NCBI GenBank assembly: GCA_902764545.1 | Contig: CACWWC010000003.1 | Location: 162-64,161 of the forward strand | DNA: 64,000 nt | Direction of reading: 5' to 3' | Origin: an uncultured Erysipelotrichaceae bacterium | Lineage (GTDB): Bacteria; Bacillota_I; Bacilli_A; RF39; UBA660 | Shown here: positions 20,501-30,578 of the stretch, in pieces | Layout: each line of letters begins with the position of its first letter | How positions within the stretch are numbered: the stretch's first letter is position 1 | Program-made: the position numbers and the translations under genes | Notes under the pieces: generated by a model | The model's database searches: none | Told to the model about the DNA's origin: nothing | Seen by the model: the letters and a program-made list of their open reading frames with translations, nothing else

Positions 20501-21246
20501 AAATAATTTCCTGGAATGTGGCAGGCTTAAGAGCTTGCCTTAATAAAGGTTTTGATATCTTTTTTGAAAAAGAAAAAGCAGATATTTATTGCCTTCAAGA
20601 GACAAAAGTAATAGAAGAACAGAACCCATATCATCCATATGGATACAATGAATATTTGTATCCAGCTGAAAAAAGAGGATACTCAGGGACAATGATTTAC
20701 TCAAAAGTAGAACCGATTTCTGTAAAATATGGGATTGATGATGAAGAATACGATAGTGAAGGAAGAACAATAACACTGGAGTTTGATGATTTCTATTTAG
20801 TAAATTGTTATGTGCCAAACTCAAAGAGAGAACTTTTAAGACTTGATTCTCGAATGCGTTTTGAAGAGATAATGAATAAATATCTAAATGATTTAAGAAC
20901 TAAAAAAAATGTAATTTATTGTGGAGACTTAAACGTTTCACATCAGGAAATAGATATAAAGAATCCTGCTGCAAATAGGAGAAATGCAGGATTCACTGAT
21001 GAGGAAAGAAATAAAATGACAGAACTATTAGAATCAGGGTTCGTTGATACATTTAGATTTCTTTATCCTACAGAAGTCAAATATTCATGGTGGAGTTATA
21101 TGAGAAACTCAAGAAGCAAAAATATAGGATGGAGACTGGATTATTTTATAGTTAACAAGGAGTTTATAAAAAAAGTTATAGATTCTAAAATATTAAATGA
21201 AGTTGAAGGATCGGATCACTGTCCAATAGAATTAGAAATAATGTAA
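20497..21246 (+). CDS. xth: Exodeoxyribonuclease III / AP endonuclease
   Basis: ISWNVAGLRA, CLQETK, GDLNVSH, YSWWSY, GWRLDY, GSDHCP. Confidence 0.95.
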   Translation: MKIISWNVAGLRACLNKGFDIFFEKEKADIYCLQETKVIEEQNPYHPYGYNEYLYPAEKRGYSGTMIYSKVEPISVKYGIDDEEYDSEGRTITLEFDDFYLVNCYVPNSKRELLRLDSRMRFEEIMNKYLNDLRTKKNVIYCGDLNVSHQEIDIKNPAANRRNAGFTDEERNKMTELLESGFVDTFRFLYPTEVKYSWWSYMRNSRSKNIGWRLDYFIVNKEFIKKVIDSKILNEVEGSDHCPIELEIM

Positions 21247-21313
21247 ACCATCAAAAAATAATAGTTATATATAAAAAAATATGATATAAAAGAATAAAAG
21301 GAAGGTAGTCAAA

Positions 21314-22726
21314 ATGAAAAAAAGTCAAAAAATAATTATTATAAGTATCGCTATATTATTAATTGTTGTTGGTACATCACTTATGTTCATAGTTCCTACA
21401 GCAAGATATACAACGGAAACGAAGAAAAAAGAAGAATATGCAGAAAAAATAACTGAAATGAAAAAAGTTGTTGAGTCAAAAGCAGATGCAGACTTAGCAG
21501 AAAGTGGAACAAAGTTATATAAACTGTCTGATCTTCTTTCGTTAGATGAGAATTTTGAAAGTCCTTTTGGAAATTTTGTTGATGAGTATACATATATTTT
21601 AGTAACAAAAGAAAATGGCAAAATTAAATATATTATTCAAGGATTAGATGAAAGTGGTTGGTGTGTAGTAGCAACATCTGATAAAACAATAACAAAAAAT
21701 GATGTTAAAAGTAATTGTAAAGTTGATTCACTATCATCAAGTATATCAGATGATGCAAACGTCACAAATAATTCATATAAAAATGCTACATCAAGCAAAT
21801 CAACAAAAACAAGTGAATCATACAAAAATACAACATCAAGCAAATCAACAAAATCAACAAGTTCATATAAAAATACAACATCAAGCAAATCAACAAAATC
21901 AACAAAATCAACAAGTTCATATAAAAATACAACATCAAGCAAATCAACAAAATCAACAAGCTCATATAAAAATACAACATCTAGTAAAAAAAATAAAAAT
22001 AGCGACCCATACAAGTCAAGCACATCAAATAGTGGCGGAACTATTATTCACAATGAAACAAACTATATTCCAAAAAACAGACTATATGGGGATGTAGACT
22101 TAAATGGTAATGTAGATATTATGGACGCAACTACTATCCAAAAATACGTTGCTAATAAAATTACACTTTCATCTGATGCGAAAGCAAATGCAGATGTAAA
22201 CTTAGATGGTAAAACTAATAATAAAGATACAATAATAATACAAAAATACATAGCAGAATTAATCAGTTCTCTTCCATATACTGGAACATTAGTAATCTAT
22301 GGAGATGTAAATTTAGATGGAGATGTAACGCTTGAAGATGTAACAGCGTTACAGTATTACACATCGGGTAAATCATCTTTAAATGCAGAAGCAAGAGAAA
22401 ATGCAGATGTTAACTTAGATGGAAAAACAGACGATAATGATGTTGCAGTAATACAGCTATATCTTGCAGAAAAAGCAACACTTCCATATAAAAATGTCTC
22501 ATATGGAGATGTAAATTTAGATGGATCAATTGACGTTACCGATCTTAGTGAACTACAAAAATATATGGCAGAAAGAATAACACTAAATGATCAAGCAAGA
22601 AAGAATGCCGATGTAAATCTAGATGGATCAGTTAATGTCTTGGATGAAACATTACTACAGAAATATTTAGCTGGCATGATTGAATTGCCAAGTAGAAACG
22701 TAAATTATAGAAAAAGATATAGATAA
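21314..22726 (+). CDS. Membrane-anchored protein: pilin-like N-domain, Ser/Thr/Lys repeat linker, three dockerin domains
   Basis: N-terminal TM helix; six (G/A)DV(N/D)L(D/N)G.....D...(I/L)Q.Y half-repeats at about 22082-22690. Confidence 0.8.
   Translation: MKKSQKIIIISIAILLIVVGTSLMFIVPTARYTTETKKKEEYAEKITEMKKVVESKADADLAESGTKLYKLSDLLSLDENFESPFGNFVDEYTYILVTKENGKIKYIIQGLDESGWCVVATSDKTITKNDVKSNCKVDSLSSSISDDANVTNNSYKNATSSKSTKTSESYKNTTSSKSTKSTSSYKNTTSSKSTKSTKSTSSYKNTTSSKSTKSTSSYKNTTSSKKNKNSDPYKSSTSNSGGTIIHNETNYIPKNRLYGDVDLNGNVDIMDATTIQKYVANKITLSSDAKANADVNLDGKTNNKDTIIIQKYIAELISSLPYTGTLVIYGDVNLDGDVTLEDVTALQYYTSGKSSLNAEARENADVNLDGKTDDNDVAVIQLYLAEKATLPYKNVSYGDVNLDGSIDVTDLSELQKYMAERITLNDQARKNADVNLDGSVNVLDETLLQKYLAGMIELPSRNVNYRKRYR
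21773..21988 (+). repeat. Coding tandem repeat, about 5 x 45 bp (SYKNTTSSKSTKSTS), one unit with an extra 9 bp
   Basis: TCATATAAAAATACAACATCAAGCAAATCAACAAAATCAACAAGT repeated. Confidence 0.9.
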
Positions 22727-22806
22727 AAATATAAGTCAAAGGAATTAACTCTTTGGCTTTTTTAATTATTATTTGAAATAAAAAAGCCACTTTAAAAGTG
22801 ACTAAA

Positions 22807-23970
22807 TTAATTATCTGTATTTGTAATCTTTTTTGTTTTTTGAATTAAAATCTCTGGCTCAATAATACCATTTATTAATTTTTCTAATTCTTCATCTAAA
22901 TATAAAAACTTAATATTTTTAAACATATGGCTTTCAGAATCATTATTATTAATGCTGTCTTGAATTAAATCATATTCCAACTGTTTATTAGTTGCATCAT
23001 AAACAATCACTGCATCATCAAATTCATTTGTATAAAAATCATCATGATTACGTAAGCAATAAAAGTGATAAAAAGAAACATCTCTAAATTTATTAGTTTT
23101 AATATCACGCCTTGGAATATCAGGACTTGCATCATAAACAGCATTTTTAGCACCAGTAAAGTTATTGTATTCAAGATTAATTGAAGCAAGATTTCCGTTA
23201 ATTGTTACACCACCAAAGCGAACACCATGAAGACTTCTCAGACTATAATTATCAACATTAAAAACTAAATCACCAACAAAACCGTTAAAGGTTGTATTAT
23301 AAATGTAAACATCATCTAAATTACCATTCATAGGTACACCTGTTAAACAAGCACCCTCAAGATCACTTTTTTTAACTTTATGCTGATCAAAACTAAAATT
23401 ATCATAATCAATATGTGCGCCCTTAAATGAAACACACCTTACATCAACTCCATTACAATTACCTGACACATAACAATCTTTAAGATCTGTACAAAATAGT
23501 CCATTTTTTTTAAGCTTTTCAGGATGAACAATTGGTTTCCCTAAACAACCACCAAATTTTGCAGAAGCAATATCCCATCCATCAAAGTCACCTTCAATTT
23601 TTACTCCCTTAAAATCAAAACAATGAGCAGATTTATCATAAAAATCCTTAGGATAAAAAGTGATGCCGTAATCTCTAAATAAAAATAAATCTCCTTTGTT
23701 TATACATAAATTTTTATATCTAAATTCTGAGAAGTCAAAATACTTATACAATTCTAAAGTTAGATCATCATCTCTTAAGTAATATATTGTTCCATGTTTT
23801 TTAGATGTCTCTTCTTTCAAAAAAATGGCTTGCAGAAGTCTATTGCTTACTTTTATTTTCTTGTCCTCATCATTTAGATTATTTTTTAAAGTTTTAAGCA
23901 GAATATGCAAAGACTCTTCACGCTTCTTTTTTATTGCGTTTGTAAGTTTAGTAATATCATCATTATTCAT
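22807..23970 (-). CDS. Pentapeptide-repeat-like hypothetical protein
   Basis: Roughly 40-aa recurrences such as FDFKGVKIEGDFDGWDIASAKFGG and TDLKDCYVSGNCNGVDVRCVSFKGA; ATG after GAGGTG. Confidence 0.6.
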   Translation of the reverse strand: MNNDDITKLTNAIKKKREESLHILLKTLKNNLNDEDKKIKVSNRLLQAIFLKEETSKKHGTIYYLRDDDLTLELYKYFDFSEFRYKNLCINKGDLFLFRDYGITFYPKDFYDKSAHCFDFKGVKIEGDFDGWDIASAKFGGCLGKPIVHPEKLKKNGLFCTDLKDCYVSGNCNGVDVRCVSFKGAHIDYDNFSFDQHKVKKSDLEGACLTGVPMNGNLDDVYIYNTTFNGFVGDLVFNVDNYSLRSLHGVRFGGVTINGNLASINLEYNNFTGAKNAVYDASPDIPRRDIKTNKFRDVSFYHFYCLRNHDDFYTNEFDDAVIVYDATNKQLEYDLIQDSINNNDSESHMFKNIKFLYLDEELEKLINGIIEPEILIQKTKKITNTDN

Positions 23971-24111
23971 TTGTAATTCACCTCTATTTAGCTTACTATT
24001 ATAGCTAGTCACTAGGTAAAAGTAAATTATTTTTCACATAAATTACACATTTATATCACCATAAGTTCATAATTAGAACATATAATTAAAAACATGAAGG
24101 AGGTAATAGAT

Positions 24112-24807
24112 ATGAATTTCTTCCAAAGAATTGAGCAAAAATATATACTAACTGAAGAAGAATATAAATTATTATTTGAAAAAATAAATAGTCATCTAGA
24201 AAAAGATTACTATTATAAGAGCACAATATGTAATCTATATTTTGATACTGATTATAATGATTTAATTGTAAATTCTTTAGAAAAGCCACCATACAAACAA
24301 AAGGTTAGAGTAAGAAGCTATAATGTACCGAATGTTGATGATAATGTGTTTTTAGAACTAAAAGGAAAACATAAAGGAATAGTGTTTAAAAGAAGAGAAA
24401 AAATAAGATTAGATGAATTATATAAGTATTTAGAATCTGGCACAATCCCTAAAAATAATAATAATCAAATGATGAAAGAAATTGATTATATTATAAAGAA
24501 ATACAATTTAAAACCAAAAATTTTTCTAGCATACGATAGACTATCATACTATGATAAAGATAATGTAAATTTCAGAGTAACATTTGACATGAACTTAAGA
24601 AGCAGAAATGAAGACTTAAATTTAGAATTAGGTGATACAGGGAAACTGTTTAGTAAAGAAAAATTTTATATAATGGAGTTAAAATCATTAACATCAATTC
24701 CATTATGGTTTATAAAAGTTTTATCTGAATTAAAAATTTATTCAAGATCATTTTCCAAATATGGAAGCATATACAGTAAACAAAAGGAGGAATATTTAAA
24801 TGTTTAA
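24112..24807 (+). CDS. VTC / polyphosphate polymerase-domain protein (CYTH-like)
   Basis: R.EQKY, ICNLYFDT, K.KVRVRSY, FLELK.K, YDR, RVTFD, IMELK, FSKY. Confidence 0.9.
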   Translation: MNFFQRIEQKYILTEEEYKLLFEKINSHLEKDYYYKSTICNLYFDTDYNDLIVNSLEKPPYKQKVRVRSYNVPNVDDNVFLELKGKHKGIVFKRREKIRLDELYKYLESGTIPKNNNNQMMKEIDYIIKKYNLKPKIFLAYDRLSYYDKDNVNFRVTFDMNLRSRNEDLNLELGDTGKLFSKEKFYIMELKSLTSIPLWFIKVLSELKIYSRSFSKYGSIYSKQKEEYLNV

Positions 24808-25465
24808 TAGTATAATAAATTCAAATTTGCAGGTTAAATCTTTTTCAATATGCATAATAACATCAATTATTTTAGGTTTTGTAGTTGCCCTTTTACATAT
24901 GAAAACTACAAAATCCAACAAAAACTTTATTACAACACTAGTAATATTACCGGTATTAGTAACAGTAGTAATATTATTAGTAAATGGCAATTTAGGTACG
25001 TCTGTGGCAGTTGTGGGGGCATTCTCATTAGTAAGATTCAGATCAATTCCAGGAAATTCTAAGGAAATACTAGATGTGTTTTTCGCAATGGCTATAGGGC
25101 TTGCAGTTGGTACTGGATATATAGCGTTCGCGGTTATTTTTACACTTATAACTAGTTTAATATCATATATTTTATATAAAACAAATTTTGGAGAAGATCA
25201 AACAAAAGACAGGATTTTAAAAATTGCAATTCCAGAGGATTTAGATTATGAAGAAGCTTTTGATGATATATTCAAAAAATATTTAGACAGTGTTAGTTTA
25301 AGACAGTCAAAGACTATTAATATGGGTTCAATGTTTGAATTAACTTATATTGTTAATTTGAAAACAGATATTAAAGAAAAAGAATTGATAGATAGTATTA
25401 GAGTACGTAATGGTAATCTAAAAGTATCCTTAACTCATGAGTTTGATAATAGGGAGTCATTATAA
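24800..25465 (+). CDS. DUF4956 membrane protein
   Basis: VNGNLGTSVAVVGAFSLVRFRS.PG; IPEDLDY; R.RNGNL. Confidence 0.9.
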   Translation: MFNSIINSNLQVKSFSICIITSIILGFVVALLHMKTTKSNKNFITTLVILPVLVTVVILLVNGNLGTSVAVVGAFSLVRFRSIPGNSKEILDVFFAMAIGLAVGTGYIAFAVIFTLITSLISYILYKTNFGEDQTKDRILKIAIPEDLDYEEAFDDIFKKYLDSVSLRQSKTINMGSMFELTYIVNLKTDIKEKELIDSIRVRNGNLKVSLTHEFDNRESL

Positions 25466-25608
25466 TGAATGATAAAGTTATAAAAGAAATTATAATTATC
25501 GCAATTATTACACTTTCAATTATAGGTTGGTGTGGTGTTGCTAAAAAATATATTATAAAAGATAAAGAAGATTATATAGCTTTTAACATAAATTATGGAG
25601 GTGAATAA
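25465..25608 (+). CDS. Unannotated 47-aa single-TM protein
   Basis: MNDKVIKEIIIIAIITLSIIGWCGVAKKYIIKDKEDYIAFNINYGGE*; AGGGAG RBS; TAATG coupling to DUF4956; stop 1 nt before the next ATG. Confidence 0.65.
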   Translation: MNDKVIKEIIIIAIITLSIIGWCGVAKKYIIKDKEDYIAFNINYGGE

Positions 25609-25609
25609 T

Positions 25610-27265
25610 ATGAAAAATAAAAAGAAAATAGCTAAAATAATAATACCTGTAATTGCTGGTATTTCTCTTTTGGGAGGAATCACTACATATATGGTATTAA
25701 ATGGAAACATAGAAACATCGTTTGTTGAATCGAGTAATAAAGAAGGCAAAGATGAATCAGGAATAGATTGGTCAAAATATAAAGTATATGATATCAAACT
25801 TGCAGGAAGTAATGTTAAAATTACAAAAGCAGGTGTATATAATATTACCGGTACCTTAAAAAATGGAACAATCACAGTAGATACAAATGATAATGTAAAA
25901 CTAGTATTAAATAATACTAATATTACATCAAAAAATAATCCCGCTATCTATGTAAAAAAGGCCAAAAACACTTATATTGAACTGAAAGGGAAAAACAAAA
26001 TTAATTCAACTACCACAAATACATTAGATGCAGCAATATATTCAAAAGATGATTTATATCTGTATGGTAAAGGCAGTATAGAAATTAATTCAAATAAGGA
26101 TGGAATAAGTAGTAAAGATGATTTATACATATTATCAGGAAATTATACAATTAATAGTGATGGGGACGGAATTAAAGGAAAAGACTCAGTAACAATAAAA
26201 AAAGGAGAATATACGATAACAAGTAAACAAGATGGTATTAAAACGACAAACGAAGAAAAAAAGGGAGAAATATTGATTGAAGATGCATCCTTCAAAATAA
26301 CAGCCAACAATGATGGTATAACTTCATCCTCAAACATTGTAATAAATGGTGGAAAATACAAAATATCATCTGGAACAACAAAATCAGAAGAATCACAAAA
26401 AGGTATAAAAGCAGTTAAAACATTAACTATTAATAATGGTGATTTTACAATTACATCAATAGATGATACTATTCATTCAAATGATAGTATTACAATAAAT
26501 AATGGAACATTTAAACTATCCAGTGGTGATGACGGAATACATGCAGATAATACAGTCGCTATAAAAAAAGGAACAGTATCAATAGAAAAGTCTTGTGAAG
26601 GAATTGAAGCATATAAAATTAATTTAGAAGGAGGAGACATTTCAGTTACAGCAAGTGATGATGGTATTAATATTGGAGGAGGTAATGATAACTCTGGAAG
26701 TGCAAATGGAAGAAAAGATGGTTTTGACCAAGATAATGGAGGATTACTAACTATATCAGGTGGAAATATCTATGTAAACGCCGACGGGGATGGTCTTGAT
26801 TCGAATGGAAGTATTAAAATGACAGGCGGAGTAGTCCATGTAGATGGGCCAACAAATAACGGCAATGGTGCGCTTGACTATAATGGCGAATTTACAATAT
26901 CAGGAGGAGAATTAATTGCTGTAGGCTCATCAGGAATGGTTCAAAATGTATCAAATACATCAACACAAAATACAATATTAATAAACTTAGACGCTCAAAC
27001 AAGTGGAGATATTTCACTAGGAAATATCACATATTCACCAAAGAAAAATTACCAATCAGTATTAATTTCTTCAAGTAGCTTAGAGCTTAACAAAGAATAT
27101 ACTTTAAAAACAGGGTCTAAGCAACAATCGATATCCCTAACAAATACAGTGTCTTCAACCGGAAATACTCAAGCAATGGGAAATGGCATGAATAGAGGAA
27201 TGCCCAATGGTGAAATGAGTGAAGGTGGTATGCAAAGAGGAGGTATGAGAGGTGGTCAAAGATAG
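25610..27265 (+). CDS. Cthe_2159-like (DUF4353) beta-helix carbohydrate-binding protein
   Basis: ITKAGVYNITG, AAIYSKDDL, repeated DGI.S/A, DGLDSNG, GALDY.G; Gly/Met-rich tail. Confidence 0.88.
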   Translation: MKNKKKIAKIIIPVIAGISLLGGITTYMVLNGNIETSFVESSNKEGKDESGIDWSKYKVYDIKLAGSNVKITKAGVYNITGTLKNGTITVDTNDNVKLVLNNTNITSKNNPAIYVKKAKNTYIELKGKNKINSTTTNTLDAAIYSKDDLYLYGKGSIEINSNKDGISSKDDLYILSGNYTINSDGDGIKGKDSVTIKKGEYTITSKQDGIKTTNEEKKGEILIEDASFKITANNDGITSSSNIVINGGKYKISSGTTKSEESQKGIKAVKTLTINNGDFTITSIDDTIHSNDSITINNGTFKLSSGDDGIHADNTVAIKKGTVSIEKSCEGIEAYKINLEGGDISVTASDDGINIGGGNDNSGSANGRKDGFDQDNGGLLTISGGNIYVNADGDGLDSNGSIKMTGGVVHVDGPTNNGNGALDYNGEFTISGGELIAVGSSGMVQNVSNTSTQNTILINLDAQTSGDISLGNITYSPKKNYQSVLISSSSLELNKEYTLKTGSKQQSISLTNTVSSTGNTQAMGNGMNRGMPNGEMSEGGMQRGGMRGGQR

Positions 27266-28286
27266 TGTTAAGATTGCTCTAATACCTTCCTTTGAGCCTG
27301 ATCAAAAACTAATTGAAATAGTTAGTGAATTAAATAAAAACGATTACAAAGTTATCGTAGTTAATGATGGGTCAGAAGAAAAATATGATAAAATATTCAA
27401 TAAATGTAAATGTAAAGTAATCTCATATGATAATAATAAAGGAAAAGGGTATGCATTAAAAGAAGGATTAAAGTTTATTAAAAATAACTATGAAAATGCA
27501 TATATTGTAACAATGGACTCAGATGGGCAACATACTGTAAGCGATGCTAATAAACTAATAGAGTATTTAAAACATAACAAGAGTACTTTAGTTTTAGGCT
27601 CTAGAAAAAGAAGCAAAAAAACACCACTTAAAAGTTTTCTTGGGAATATGATTACCTGTTTTACATTTGATTTCATAACACACAACAAAATATATGATAC
27701 TCAAACAGGCCTAAGAGCATTCCACTCTAAATTAATAGATTATATGCTACAAATAGAAGGAGATAGGTTTGAATATGAAATGAATGTTTTATTAAACTTA
27801 AAAAGAAATAATATAAAGGTAAAAGAATTACCTATCGAAACAATATATATAGAAAATAATAAACATACTCATTTTAATTCAGTGAAAGACTCATATAAAA
27901 TATACAAAGAAATAATAAAATTTTCTCTCTCATCAATAATATCATTCATAATAGACTATATTTTGTATATACTATTTAACTTATTAACCAATAACATTAT
28001 ATTTTCAAATCTTTTGGCAAGAGCAATAAGTGCAACAACGAATTATAATATGAATAAAAAATATGTATTTAAATCAAATAGAAACTATGAGTTTTATAAA
28101 TATATTGTACTAGCAGTCTCAATCTTAATTTTAAACACTGTTTTAGTAACACTTTTGTCAAATGTATTTAATATTTATATATCAAAAATTATTACTGAAA
28201 TAACGCTTTTTATTATTAGTTGGCTAGTACAAAAGATAATAATATTTAAAGGAGATGACAATGCTTGCATAAATCTAAATTCTTAA
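27252..28286 (+). CDS. GT2 glycosyltransferase fused to a GtrA-like flippase
   Basis: VVNDGS, GKGYALK, DSDGQH, DTQTGLR, FEYEMN; C-terminal four TM helices (ARAISA..NY.MN). Confidence 0.9.
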   Translation: MVKDSVKIALIPSFEPDQKLIEIVSELNKNDYKVIVVNDGSEEKYDKIFNKCKCKVISYDNNKGKGYALKEGLKFIKNNYENAYIVTMDSDGQHTVSDANKLIEYLKHNKSTLVLGSRKRSKKTPLKSFLGNMITCFTFDFITHNKIYDTQTGLRAFHSKLIDYMLQIEGDRFEYEMNVLLNLKRNNIKVKELPIETIYIENNKHTHFNSVKDSYKIYKEIIKFSLSSIISFIIDYILYILFNLLTNNIIFSNLLARAISATTNYNMNKKYVFKSNRNYEFYKYIVLAVSILILNTVLVTLLSNVFNIYISKIITEITLFIISWLVQKIIIFKGDDNACINLNS

Positions 28287-29143
28287 TACTATATTCTCTG
28301 ATCCTAATAGCATTTACAATCTATGTATTGCTTGATACTTTTGTCTTAACTTCATCATATGAAGTAGCCTCATCAAATGATTATTCATATGAACAAAAAG
28401 AAACAGGAGATATAACTTCAACAGATAATAGTTATGAAGATGACAATATCAAAATAAATATAAAAGAGTACAGAGAAAATGATACAAATGTTTATGTCGC
28501 AGATGTATATATAGAAGATATCAATTATTTAAAGACAGCATTTGCATCAAATACATATGGAAAAAATGTAACTGATAAAACATCAAATATAGCGGAAGAT
28601 GTTAATGCTATTCTAGCAATAAATGGAGATTATTATGGTGTTCAAGAAAAAGGATACGTTCTAAAAAATGGAAAAATGTATCGAAATTCCTCATCGGGAA
28701 AAGATGATTTAGTAATATATGAAAATGGGATGTGGGAAATTATAAATGAGGATGATATTTCCCTAGAAGAACTATTAAATAAAGGCGCATATAACATTTT
28801 ATCATTTGGTCCGTCTTTGATAAAAAACAGTACTATTTCCGTCACGGCAAGTGATGAGGTTGCTAAATCAATGAGAAGTAATCCAAGAACTGCAGTAGGA
28901 AAAATAAGTACTAACCACTATGTATTCGTAGTAAGTGATGGTAGAACAAGTGAGTCAGCTGGACTAACATTATATGAATTAGCAAATTTTATGAAAAGTT
29001 TAGGATGTACATATGCATACAACTTAGACGGCGGAGGCTCATCAACAATGTATTTTAATGGTAATGTTGTAAATAATCCAACTACTAATGGTAATAGAAT
29101 AAATGAAAGGAGTGTATCAGATATTGTCTATATTGGATATTAA
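28265..29143 (+). CDS. Phosphodiester glycosidase (NAGPA/DUF2233) family
   Basis: AINGDYY, SFGP.L, NPRTAVG, DGR, AYNLDGGGSST, ERSVSD. Confidence 0.9.
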   Translation: MHKSKFLILYSLILIAFTIYVLLDTFVLTSSYEVASSNDYSYEQKETGDITSTDNSYEDDNIKINIKEYRENDTNVYVADVYIEDINYLKTAFASNTYGKNVTDKTSNIAEDVNAILAINGDYYGVQEKGYVLKNGKMYRNSSSGKDDLVIYENGMWEIINEDDISLEELLNKGAYNILSFGPSLIKNSTISVTASDEVAKSMRSNPRTAVGKISTNHYVFVVSDGRTSESAGLTLYELANFMKSLGCTYAYNLDGGGSSTMYFNGNVVNNPTTNGNRINERSVSDIVYIGY

Positions 29144-29504
29144 AGATTTAAAAAATGAAAATATTTTTAATATAGTTTTTTCTATATTTATCTTGTTATT
29201 TGGAATAATATATGAAGTTTTTTCTCATGGAGTAATCTCATATTTTATGATATTTGCATTTCTAATTCCTATAATTAATTTTCTAATAAATATATTATTT
29301 ATAAAATGTAATATAAAAGTCTTTCATATATCCAAAAATATTTTTACAGCAGGAGTCATAACGTTAACTCTAGCATCTATTGTAAAAGGAGTATTAGATA
29401 TATATGGAACAACAAATAAACTAATATTTATTTATCCTGTAGTAGGAATCATACTATTAATTATAAGTATAATAATAGAAGTGAATATAACAAAATCAGA
29501 ATAG
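29103..29504 (+). CDS. Small 4-TM membrane protein; start uncertain
   Basis: IYEVFSHGV.SY.M; GVLDIYGTTN. Confidence 0.7.
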   Translation: MKGVYQILSILDIKDLKNENIFNIVFSIFILLFGIIYEVFSHGVISYFMIFAFLIPIINFLINILFIKCNIKVFHISKNIFTAGVITLTLASIVKGVLDIYGTTNKLIFIYPVVGIILLIISIIIEVNITKSE

Positions 29505-29570
29505 AATTTGCATTTTTTCTTTAAAAAAAAATACTTTAATTGTATAATTAATTTAAAGATGGAGGTTATT

Positions 29571-30467
29571 ATGAAAGATTATATGGATTTGGAAAAACTA
29601 AAGGTCGTTAAAGAAAGAAAAGGGTTTATCGCTGCACTTGATCAAAGTGGGGGTTCTACTCCAAAGGCACTAGAGAACTACGGAATAAAAAAAGATGAAT
29701 ACAAAAATGAAGATGAAATGTTTGATTTAGTGCATAAAATGAGAACAAGAATTATTACATCACCAAGTTTTACAAGCAAGCACATTTTAGGCAGTATATT
29801 ATTCTATAAAACAATGGAATCAAAAGTAAATGGCAAGTATACAGCTGATTACTTATGGGAAGATAAAAATATTATAACTTTCTTAAAGGTTGATAAAGGT
29901 CTTGCGAATGAAGAAGATAATGTAAAATTGATGAAGCCAATTCCAGACTTAGAAGAACAATTATCAGTAGCAAGACAAAGACATGTATTTGGAACTAAAA
30001 TGAGAAGTGTTATTTTATCTGCCAATAAAGAAGGCATAAAAAAAGTAGTTAAACAACAATTTGAATTTGCAAAGGTAATATGCGATAATGGATTAGTTCC
30101 AATAATTGAACCAGAAGTAGATATTAATATCACTGATAAGGAAAGTGCAGAAGATATATTAAAAGAAACTATAGTAGAAGAGTTAAATAATTGGAATGAA
30201 AATGATTTAATAATGTTTAAATTTACAATTCCAACAAAAGAAAATCTCTACCTAGATTTATATAATTATAAATGCGTTGTAAGAGTAGTTGCACTATCAG
30301 GAGGATATACAACAGATCTAGCATGTAAACTTTTAAAGAAAAATGATAAAATGATTGCATCATTCTCAAGAGCATTAGTCCAAAACATATATGCATATCA
30401 AACAGATGAAGAATTTGATAAAGCATTAGGTGATGCAATAGAAAAAATATATGAAGCATCAGTATAG
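29571..30467 (+). CDS. fda: Fructose-bisphosphate aldolase class I
   Basis: [52 protein letters not shown]. Confidence 0.95.
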   Translation: MKDYMDLEKLKVVKERKGFIAALDQSGGSTPKALENYGIKKDEYKNEDEMFDLVHKMRTRIITSPSFTSKHILGSILFYKTMESKVNGKYTADYLWEDKNIITFLKVDKGLANEEDNVKLMKPIPDLEEQLSVARQRHVFGTKMRSVILSANKEGIKKVVKQQFEFAKVICDNGLVPIIEPEVDINITDKESAEDILKETIVEELNNWNENDLIMFKFTIPTKENLYLDLYNYKCVVRVVALSGGYTTDLACKLLKKNDKMIASFSRALVQNIYAYQTDEEFDKALGDAIEKIYEASV

Positions 30468-30481
30468 AGTAGACAGTATAT

Positions 30482-30507
30482 AGTAGACGTAAAGTCTACT
30501 TTTTTTG
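30482..30507 (+). terminator. Intrinsic terminator
   Basis: AGTAGAC-GTAAA-GTCTACT followed by T-run. Confidence 0.7.
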
Positions 30508-30578
30508 TCAAAAAAAGCAAGTAAAATTTGACATCGGGAGGGGTAATTTACAATGTATATAATAGGAGAATAAAAAAT

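Noticed and set aside
21773-21988. Possible CRISPR array
   Set aside because: Units are contiguous with no unique spacers, lengths are multiples of 3 inside a CDS, and no cas genes are present.
21637-22097. Overlapping Gln-rich and antisense ORFs (21699-22097 +, 21637-22023 -, 21786-21980 -)
   Set aside because: By-products of a stop-free tandem repeat; no RBS seen.
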